Assembly (NCBI GenBank): GCA_964057225.1
Contig: OZ059895.1
Span: 4,712,001 to 4,776,000 of the forward strand
DNA: 64,000 nt
Direction: 5' to 3'
Source of the DNA: Auanema rhodensis
Lineage: Eukaryota > Animalia > Nematoda
Shown: piece after piece, positions 53,901-64,000 of the stretch
Layout: the number at the start of each line of letters is the position of its first letter
Numbering within the stretch: the first letter of the stretch is position 1
Made by a program: the position numbers and the translations under genes
Notes under the pieces: model-generated
What the model was told of the DNA's origin: nothing
Seen by the model: the letters and a program-made list of their open reading frames with translations, nothing else
Database searches by the model: none

Positions 53901-56900
53901 CAGATCGACGCAGCTTAAAAATCCGCATCGAATGCACTATACTTCATTGAGAAACGCTTAATACAAAAATTAGTTATGATCGTTTGAAAAATGATGCATT
54001 AGTGTATGTTGAGTTTCCATGTACACTCAACATTGCTTCCAAAAACATTTTGACAAAAATTTTTTCGAAAAATTTCAAAATAATTTAGCAAAAAGTAGAT
54101 GTTTTTAGATTCTTTTTTTCAAGGCAAAGACGATGGACAATGTTATTCAACGAAAAAATTAATTCTTCAGGGTGAAAATCGAGGATATAAGTGTGAACTT
54201 ATATCAGTTGATATCTCGGTGCATTTTTAAGCTAGCGCAAATCTGATAACACAGATCGACGCAGCTTAAAAATCCGCATCGAATGCACTATACTTCATTG
54301 AGAAACGCTTAATATAAAAATTAGTTATGATCGTTTGAAAAATGATGCATTAGTGTATGTTGAGTTTCCATGTACACTCAACATTGCTTCCAAAAACATT
54401 TTGACAAAAATTTTTTCGAAAAATTTCAAAATAATTTAGCAAAAAGTAGATGTTTTTAGATTCCTTTTTTTAAGGCAAAAATGATGGACAATGTTATTAA
54501 ACGAAAAAATTAATTCTTCAGGGTGAAAATCGAGGATATAAGTGTGAACTTATATCAGTTGATATCTCGGTGCATTTTCAAGCTAGCGCAAATCTGATAA
54601 CACAGATCGACGCAGCTTAAAAATCCGCATCGAATGCACTATACTTCATTGAGAAACGCTTAATATGAAAATTAGTTATGATCGTTTGAAAAATGATGCA
54701 TTAGTGTATGTTGAGTTTCCATGTACACTCAACATTGCTTCCAAAAACATTTTGACAAAAATTTTTTCGAAAAATTTCAGAATAATTTAGCAAAAAGTAG
54801 ATGTTTTTAGATTCTTTTTTTCAAGGCAAAGACGATGGACAATGTTATTCAACGAAAAAATTAATTCTTCAGGGTGAAAATCGAGGATATAAGTGTGAAC
54901 TTATATCAGTTGATATCTCGGTGCATTTTTAAGCTAGCGCAAATCTGATAACACAGATCGACGCAGCTTAAAAATCCGCATCGAATGCACTATACTTCAT
55001 TGAGAAACGCTTAATACAAAAATTAGTTATGATCGTTTGAAAAATGATGCATTAGTGTATGTTGAGTTTCCATGTACACTCAACATTGCTTCCAAAAACA
55101 TTTTGACAAAAATTTTTTCGAAAAATTTCAAAATAATTTAGCAAAAAGTAGATGTTTTTAGATTCTTTTTTTCAAGGCAAAGACGATGGACAATGTTATT
55201 CAACGAAAAAATTAATTCTTCAGGGTGAAAATCGAGGATATAAGTGTGAACTTATATCAGTTGATATCTCGGTGCATTTTTAAGCTAGCGCAAATCTGAT
55301 AACACAGATCGACGCAGCTTAAAAATCCGCATCGAATGCACTATACTTCATTGAGAAACGCTTAATATAAAAATTAGTTATGATCGTTTGAAAAATGATG
55401 CATTAGTGTATGTTGAGTTTCCATGTACACTCAACATTGCTTCCAAAAACATTTTGACAAAAATTTTTTCGAAAAATTTCAAAATAATTTAGCAAAAAGT
55501 AGATGTTTTTAGATTCCTTTTTTTAAGGCAAAAATGATGGACAATGTTATTAAACGAAAAAATTAATTCTTCAGGGTGAAAATCGAGGATATAAGTGTGA
55601 ACTTATATCAGTTGATATCTCGGTGCATTTTCAAGCTAGCGCAAATCTGATAACACAGATCGACGCAGCTTAAAAATCCGCATCGAATGCACTATACTTC
55701 ATTGAGAAACGCTTAATATGAAAATTAGTTATGATCGTTTGAAAAATGATGCATTAGTGTATGTTGAGTTTCCATGTACACTCAACATTGCTTCCAAAAA
55801 CATTTTGACAAAAATTTTTTCGAAAAATTTCAGAATAATTTAGCAAAAAGTAGATGTTTTTAGATTCTTTTTTTCAAGGCAAAGACGATGGACAATGTTA
55901 TTCAACGAAAAAATTAATTCTTCAGGGTGAAAATCGAGGATATAAGTGTGAACTTATATCAGTTGATATCTCGGTGCATTTTTAAGCTAGCGCAAATCTG
56001 ATAACACAGATCGACGCAGCTTAAAAATCCGCATCGAATGCACTATACTTCATTGAGAAACGCTTAATACAAAAATTAGTTATGATCGTTTGAAAAATGA
56101 TGCATTAGTGTATGTTGAGTTTCCATGTACACTCAACATTGCTTCCAAAAACATTTTGACAAAAATTTTTTCGAAAAATTTCAAAATAATTTAGCAAAAA
56201 GTAGATGTTTTTAGATTCTTTTTTTCAAGGCAAAGACGATGGACAATGTTATTCAACGAAAAAATTAATTCTTCAGGGTGAAAATCGAGGATATAAGTGT
56301 GAACTTATATCAGTTGATATCTCGGTGCATTTTCAAGCTAGCGCAAATCTGATAACACAGATCGACGCAGCTTAAAAATCCGCATCGAATGCACTATACT
56401 TCATTGAGAAACGCTTAATACAAAAATTAGTTATGATCGTTTGAAAAATGATGCATTAGTGTATGTTGAGTTTCCATGTACACTCAACATTGCTTCGAAA
56501 AACATTTTGACAAAAATTTTTTCGAAAAATTTCAAAATAATTTAGCAAAAAGTAGATGTTTTTAGATTCCTTTTTCTAAGGCAAAAATGATGGACAATGT
56601 TATTCAACGAAAAAATTAATTCTTCAGGGTGAAAATCGAGGATATAAGTGTGAACATATATCAGTTGATATCTCGGTGCATTTTTAAGCTAACGCAAATC
56701 TGATAACACAGATCGACGCAGCTTAAAAATCCGCATCGAATGCACTATACTACATCGAGAAACGCTTAATACAAAAATTAGTTATGATCGTTTGAAAAAT
56801 GATGCATTAGTGTAGGTTGAGTTTCCATGTACACTCAACATTGCTTCCAAAAACATTTTGACAAAACTTTTTTCGAAAAATTTCAAAATAATTTAGCAAA

Positions 56901-59900
56901 AAGTAGATGTTTTTAGATTCCTTTTTTTAAGGCAAAAATGATGGACAATGTTATTAAACGAAAAAATTAATTCTTCAGGGTGAAAATCGAGGATATAAGT
57001 GTGAACTTATATCAGTTGATATCTCGGTGCATTTTCAAGCTAGCGCAAATCTGATAACACAGATCGACGCAGCTTAAAAATCCGCATCGAATGCACTATA
57101 CTTCATTGAGAAACGCTTAATACAAAAATTAGTTATGATCGTTTGAAAAATGATGCATTAGTGTATGTTGAGTTTCCATGTACACTCAACATTGCTTCCA
57201 AAAACATTTTGACAAAAATTTTTTCGAAAAATTTCAAAATAATTTAGCAAAAAGTAGATGTTTTTAGATTCTTTTTTTCAAGGCAAAGACGATGGACAAT
57301 GTTATTCAACGAAAAAATTAATTCTTCAGGGTGAAAATCGAGGATATAAGTGTGAACTTATATCAGTTGATATCTCGGTGCATTTTTAAGCTAGCGCAAA
57401 TCTGATAACACAGATCGACGCAGCTTAAAAATCCGCATCGAATGCACTATACTACATCGAGAAACGCTTAATACAAAAATTAGTTATGATCGTTTGAAAA
57501 ATGATGCATTAGTGTATGTTGAGTTTCCATGTACACTCAACATTGCTTCGAAAAACATTTTGACAAAAATTTTTTCGAAAAATTTCAAAATAATTTAGCG
57601 AAAAGTAGATGTATTTAGATTCCTTTTTCTAAGGCAAAGATGATGGACAATGTTATTCAACGAAAAAATTAATTCTTCAGGGTGAAAATCGAGGATATAA
57701 GTGTGAACTTATATCAGTTGATATCTCGGTGCATTTTCAAGCTAGCGCAAATCTGATAACACAGATCGACGCAGCTTAAAAATCCGCATCGAATGCACTA
57801 TACTTCATTGAGAAACGCTTAATACAAAAATTAGTTATGATCGTTTGAAAAATGATGCATTAGTGTATGTTGAGTTTCCATGTACACTCAACATTGCTTC
57901 GAAAAACATTTTGACAAAAATTTTTTCGAAAAATTTCAAAATAATTTAGCAAAAAGTGGATGTTTTTAGATTCTTTTTTTTAAGGCAAAGATGATGGACA
58001 ATGTTATTCAACGAAAAAATTAATTCTTCAGGGTGAAAATCGAGGATATAAGTGTGAACTTATATCAGTTGATATCTCGGTGCATTTTCAAGCTAGCGCA
58101 AATCTGATAACACAGATCGACGCAGCTTAAAAATCCGCATCGAATGCACTATACTTCATTGAGAAACGCTTAATACAAAAATTAGTTATGATCGTTTGAA
58201 AAATGATGCATTAGTGTATGTTGAGTTTCCATGTACACTCAACATTGCTTCGAAAAACATTTTGACAAAAATTTTTTCGAAAAATTTCAAAATAATTTAG
58301 CAAAAAGTAGATGTTTTTAGATTCCTTTTTCTAAGGCAAAAATGATGGACAATGTTATTCAACGAAAAAATTAATTCTTCAGGGTGAAAATCGAGGATAT
58401 AAGTGTGAACATATATCAGTTGATATCTCGGTGCATTTTTAAGCTAACGCAAATCTGATTACACAGATCGACGCAGCTTAAAAATCCGCATCGAATGCAC
58501 TATACTACATCGAGAAACGCTTAATACAAAAATTAGTTATGATCGTTTGAAAAATGATGCATTAGTGTATGTTGAGTTTCCATGTACACTCAACATTGCT
58601 TCCAAAAACATTTTGACAAAAATTTTTTCGAAAAATTTCAAAATAATTTAGCAAAAAGTAGATGTTTTTAGATTCCTTTTTTTAAGGCAAAAATGATGGA
58701 CAATGTTATTAAACGAAAAAATTAATTCTTCAGGGTGAAAATCGAGGATATAAGTGTGAACTTATATCAGTTGATATCTCGGTGCATTTTCAAGCTAGCG
58801 CAAATCTGATAACACAGATCGACGCAGCTTAAAAATCCGCATCGAATGCACTATACTTCATTGAGAAACGCTTAATACAAAAATTAGTTATGATCGTTTG
58901 AAAAATGATGCATTAGTGTATGTTGAGTTTCCATGTACACTCAACATTGCTTCCAAAAACATTTTGACAAAACTTTTTTCGAAAAATTTCAAAATAATTT
59001 AGCAAAAAGTAGATGTTTTTAGATTCCTTTTTTTAAGGCAAAAATGATGGACAATGTTATTAAACGAAAAAATTAATTCTTCAGGGTGAAAATCGAGGAT
59101 ATAAGTGTGAACTTATATCAGTTGATATCTCGGTGCATTTTCAAGCTAGCGCAAATCTGATAACACAGATCGACGCAGCTTAAAAATCCGCATCGAATGC
59201 ACTATACTTCATTGAGAAACGCTTAATACAAAAATTAGTTATGATCGTTTGAAAAATGATGCATTAGTGTATGTTGAGTTTCCATGTACACTCAACATTG
59301 CTTCGAAAAACATTTTGACAAAAATTTTTTCGAAAAATTTCAAAATAATTTAGCAAAAAGTAGATGTTTTTAGATTCCTTTTTTTAAGGCAAAAATGATG
59401 GACAATGTTATTAAACGAAAAAATTAATTCTTCAGGGTGAAAATCGAGGATATAAGTGTGAACTTATATCAGTTGATATCTCGGTGCATTTTCAAGCTAG
59501 CGCAAATCTGATAACACAGATCGACGCAGCTTAAAAATCCGCATCGAATGCACTATACTTCATTGAGAAACGCTTAATACAAAAATTAGTTATGATCGTT
59601 TGAAAAATGATGCATTAGTGTAGGTTGAGTTTCCATGTACACTCAACATTGCTTCCAAAAACATTTTGACAAAACTTTTTTCGAAAAATTTCAAAATAAT
59701 TTAGCAAAAAGTAGATGTTTTTAGATTCTTTTTTTCAAGGCAAAGACGATGGACAATGTTATTCAACGAAAAAATTAATTCTTCAGGGTGAAAATCGAGG
59801 ATATAAGTGTGAACTTATATCAGTTGATATCTCGGTGCATTTTCAAGCTAGCGCAAATCTGATAACACAGATCGACGCAGCTTAAAAATCCGCATCGAAT

Positions 59901-62900
59901 GCACTATACTTCATTGAGAAACGCTCAATACAAAAATTAGTTATGATCGTTTGAAAAATGATGCATTAGTGTATGTTGAGTTTCCATGTACACTCAACAT
60001 TGCTTCGAAAAACATTTTGACAAAAATTTTTTCGAAAAATTTCAAAATAATTTAGCAAAAAGTAGATGTTTTTAGATTCCTTTTTCTAAGGCAAAAATGA
60101 TGGACAATGTTATTCAACGAAAAAATTAATTCTTCAGGGTGAAAATCGAGGATATAAGTGTGAACTTATATCAGTTGATATCTCGGTGCATTTTTAAGCT
60201 AGCGCAAATCTGATAACACAGATCGACGCAGCTTAAAAATCCGCATCGAATGCACTATACTTCATTGAGAAACGCTTAATACAAAAATTAGTTATGATCG
60301 TTTGAAAAATGATGCATTAGTGTATGTTGAGTTTCCATGTACACTCAACATTGCTTCCAAAAACATTTTGACAAAAATTTTTTCGAAAAATTTCAAAATA
60401 ATTTAGCAAAAAGTAGATGTTTTTAGATTTCTTTTTTTAAGGCAAAAATGATGGACAATGTTATTAAACGAAAAAATTAATTCTTCAGGGTGAAAATCGA
60501 GGATATAAGTGTGAACTTATATCAGTTGATATCTCGGTGCATTTTCAAGCTAGCGCAAATCTGATAACACAGATCGACGCAGCTTAAAAATCCGCATCGA
60601 ATGCACTATACTTCATTGAGAAACGCTTAATACAAAAAATAGTTATGATCGTTTGAAAAATGATGCATTAGTGTATGTTGAGTTTCCATGTACACTCAAC
60701 ATTGCTTCCAAAAACATTTTGACAAAAATTTTTTCGAAAAATTTCAAAATAATTTAGCAAAAAGTAGATGTTTTTAGATTCTTTTTTTCAAGGCAAAGAC
60801 GATGGACAATGTTATTCAACGAAAAAATTAATTCTTCAGGGTGAAAATCGAGGATATAAGTGTGAACTTATATCAGTTGATATCTCGGTGCATTTTTAAG
60901 CTAGCGCAAATCTGATAACACAGATCGACGCAGCTTAAAAATCCGCATCGAATGCACTATACTTCATTGAGAAACGCTTAATATAAAAATTAGTTATGAT
61001 CGTTTGAAAAATGATGCATTAGTGTATGTTGAGTTTCCATGTACACTCAACATTGCTTCCAAAAACATTTTGACAAAAATTTTTTCGAAAAATTTCAAAA
61101 TAATTTAGCAAAAAGTAGATGTTTTTAGATTCCTTTTTTTAAGGCAAAAATGATGGACAATGTTATTAAACGAAAAAATTAATTCTTCAGGGTGAAAATC
61201 GAGGATATAAGTGTGAACTTATATCAGTTGATATCTCGGTGCATTTTCAAGCTAGCGCAAATCTGATAACACAGATCGACGCAGCTTAAAAATCCGCATC
61301 GAATGCACTATACTTCATTGAGAAACGCTTAATATGAAAATTAGTTATGATCGTTTGAAAAATGATGCATTAGTGTATGTTGAGTTTCCATGTACACTCA
61401 ACATTGCTTCCAAAAACATTTTGACAAAAATTTTTTCGAAAAATTTCAGAATAATTTAGCAAAAAGTAGATGTTTTTAGATTCTTTTTTTCAAGGCAAAG
61501 ACGATGGACAATGTTATTCAACGAAAAAATTAATTCTTCAGGGTGAAAATCGAGGATATAAGTGTGAACTTATATCAGTTGATATCTCGGTGCATTTTCA
61601 AGCTAGCGCAAATCTGATAACACAGATCGACGCAGCTTAAAAATCCGCATCGAATGCACTATACTTCATTGAGAAACGCTTAATACAAAAATTAGTTATG
61701 ATCGTTTGAAAAATGATGCATTAGTGTATGTTGAGTTTCCATGTACACTCAACATTGCTTCCAAAAACATTTTGACAAAAATTTTTTCGAAAAATTTCAA
61801 AATAATTTAGCAAAAAGTAGATGTTTTTAGATTCTTTTTTTCAAGGCAAAGACGATGGACAATGTTATTCAACGAAAAAATTAATTCTTCAGGGTGAAAA
61901 TCGAGGATATAAGTGTGAACTTATATCAGTTGATATCTCGGTGCATTTTTAAGCTAGCGCAAATCTGATAACACAGATCGACGCAGCTTAAAAATCCGCA
62001 TCGAATGCACTTTACTACATTGAGAAACGCTTAATACAAAAATTAGTTATTATCGTTTGAAAAATGATGCATTAGTGTATGTTGAGTTTCCATGTACACT
62101 CAACATTGCTTCCAAAAACATTTTGACAAAAATTTTTTCGAAAAATTTCAAAATAATTTAGCAAAAAGTGGATGTTTTTAGATTCTTTTTTTTAAGGCAA
62201 AAATGATGGACAATGTTATTCAACGAAAAAATTAATTCTTCAGGGTGAAAATCGAGGATATAAGTGTGAACATATATCAGTTGATATCTCGGTGCATTTT
62301 TAAGCTAGCGCAAATCTGATAACACAGATCGACGCAGCTTAAAAATCCGCATCGAATGCACTATACTACATCGAGAAACGCTTAATACAAAAATTAGTTA
62401 TGATCGTTTGAAAAATGATGCATTAGTGTATGTTGAGTTTCCATGTACACTCAACATTGCTTCGAAAAACATTTTGACAAAAATTTTTTCGAAAAATTTC
62501 AAAATAATTTAGCGAAAAGTAGATGTATTTAGATTCCTTTTTCTAAGGCAAAGATGATGGACAATGTTATTCAACGAAAAAATTAATTCTTCAGGGTGAA
62601 AATCGAGGATATAAGTGTGAACTTATATCAGTTGATATCTCGGTGCATTTTCAAGCTAGCGCAAATCTGATAACACAGATCGACGCAGCTTAAAAATCCG
62701 CATCGAATGCACTATACTTCATTGAGAAACGCTTAATACAAAAATTAGTTATGATCGTTTGAAAAATGATGCATTAGTGTATGTTGAGTTTCCATGTACA
62801 CTCAACATTGCTTCGAAAAACATTTTGACAAAAATTTTTTCGAAAAATTTCAAAATAATTTAGCAAAAAGTGGATGTTTTTAGATTCTTTTTTTTAAGGC

Positions 62901-64000
62901 AAAGATGATGGACAATGTTATTCAACGAACAAATTAATTCTTCAGGGTGAAAATCGAGGATATAAGTGTGAACTTATATCAGTTGATATCTCGGTGCATT
63001 TTCAAGCTAGCGCAAATCTGATAACACAGATCGACGCAGCTTAAAAATTCGCATCGAATGCACTATACTTCATTGAGAAACGCTTAATACAAAAATTAGT
63101 TATGATCGTTTGAAAAATGATGCATTAGTGTATGTTGAGTTTCCATGTACACTCAACATTGCTTCGAAAAACATTTTGACAAAAATTTTTTCGAAAAATT
63201 TCAAAATAATTTAGCAAAAAGTAGATGTTTTTAGATTCCTTTTTCTAAGGCAAAGACGATGGACAATGTTATTCAACGAAAAAATTAATTCTTCAGGGTG
63301 AAAATCGAGGATATAAGTGTGAACTTATATCAGTTGATATCTCGGTGCATTTTTAAGCTAACGCAAATCTGATAACACAGATCGACGCAGCTTAAAAATC
63401 CGCATCGAATGCACTATACTACATCGAGAAACGCTTAATACAAAAATTAGTTATGATCGTTTGAAAAATGATGCATTAGTGTATGTTGAGTTTCCATGTA
63501 CACTCAACATTGCTTCGAAAAACATTTTGACAAAAATTTTTTCGAAAAATTTCAAAATAATTTAGCAAAAAGTAGATGTTTTTAGATTCCTTTTTCTAAG
63601 GCAAAAATGATGGACAATGTTATTCAACGAAAAAATTAATTCTTCAGGGTGAAAATCGAGGATATAAGTGTGAACATATATCAGTTGATATCTCGGTGCA
63701 TTTTCAAGCTAGCGCAAATCTGATAACACAGATCGACGCAGCTTAAAAATCCGCATCGAATGCACTATACTTCATTGAGAAACGCTTAATACAAAAATTA
63801 GTTATGATCGTTTGAAAAATGATGCATTAGTGTATGTTGAGTTTCCATGTACACTCAACATTGCTTCCAAAAACATTTTGACAAAAATTTTTTCGAAAAA
63901 TTTCAAAATAATTTAGCAAAAAGTGGATGTTTTTAGATTCTTTTTTTTAAGGCAAAGACGATGGACAATGTTATTCAACGAAAAAATTAATTCTTCAGGG
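32984..64000. repeat. Right-hand sub-family domain (T77/A86/T88/A105 monomer dominant; A16C, C348G, TTCTAAG, GCTAACG, TACATCG, AATATA variants)
   Basis: These variants first appear from 33701 (A16C), 35361 (AATATA) and 38947 (C348G) and were not seen left of 33 kb. Confidence 0.85.

Larger units (their letters stand above)
1..64000. repeat. 351-bp satellite DNA tandem array (182 full monomers + 129-bp partial), head-to-tail, continuing off both window edges
   Basis: AACATTTTGACAAAA recurs at 1, 352, 703, 1054 ... 63872. 182x351 = 63882 and the observed net -11 bp matches 13 single-base deletions and 2 single-base insertions. Monomer 1 has 107/351 G+C. One orientation throughout, no foreign sequence seen. 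Confidence 0.99.

Noticed and set aside
1-64000. 351 = 117 codons, suggesting a giant repeat-protein gene
   Set aside because: The ORF track shows nothing longer than 79 aa in six frames, the best frame has several stops per monomer, and single-base indels have been propagated.
1-64000. CRISPR array
   Set aside because: No unique spacers; the entire 351 bp is repeated; no cas genes.
1-64000. Artefact such as a rolling-circle concatemer or synthetic repeat
   Set aside because: Variants are shared in nested, position-dependent haplotype blocks rather than being random errors or exact copies, as expected of a naturally evolving array. Local copy-number errors remain possible.

Overview
The whole 64 kb window is one uninterrupted head-to-tail array of a 351-bp, AT-rich (about 30% GC by hand count) satellite monomer: 182 complete copies (first at 1, last complete copy ending at 63871) plus a 129-bp partial copy. 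There are no genes, RNA genes, transposon insertions, inversions or CRISPR arrays. The two ORF-track hits come from single point variants removing a stop codon in individual monomers. Monomers differ at a small set of recurrent SNP positions and 15 single-base indels (13 deletions, 2 insertions, net -11, which exactly accounts for the final coordinate). Those variants reveal (i) two sub-family domains meeting at a diverged junction near 29-33 kb, (ii) local higher-order repeats of 2, 3, 4 and 6 monomers and longer-range block duplications, and (iii) chimeric monomers marking unequal crossovers. The monomer is rich in dyad symmetry: three 9-bp stems, a long A/T palindrome and a 70-nt three-way-junction fold. 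Best reading: eukaryotic (peri)centromeric or heterochromatic satellite DNA, probably from a lineage with little CpG methylation; organism and family cannot be named from sequence alone. 'Offset' below means position within a monomer counted from AACATTTTG = 1. Variant distributions were read by eye.
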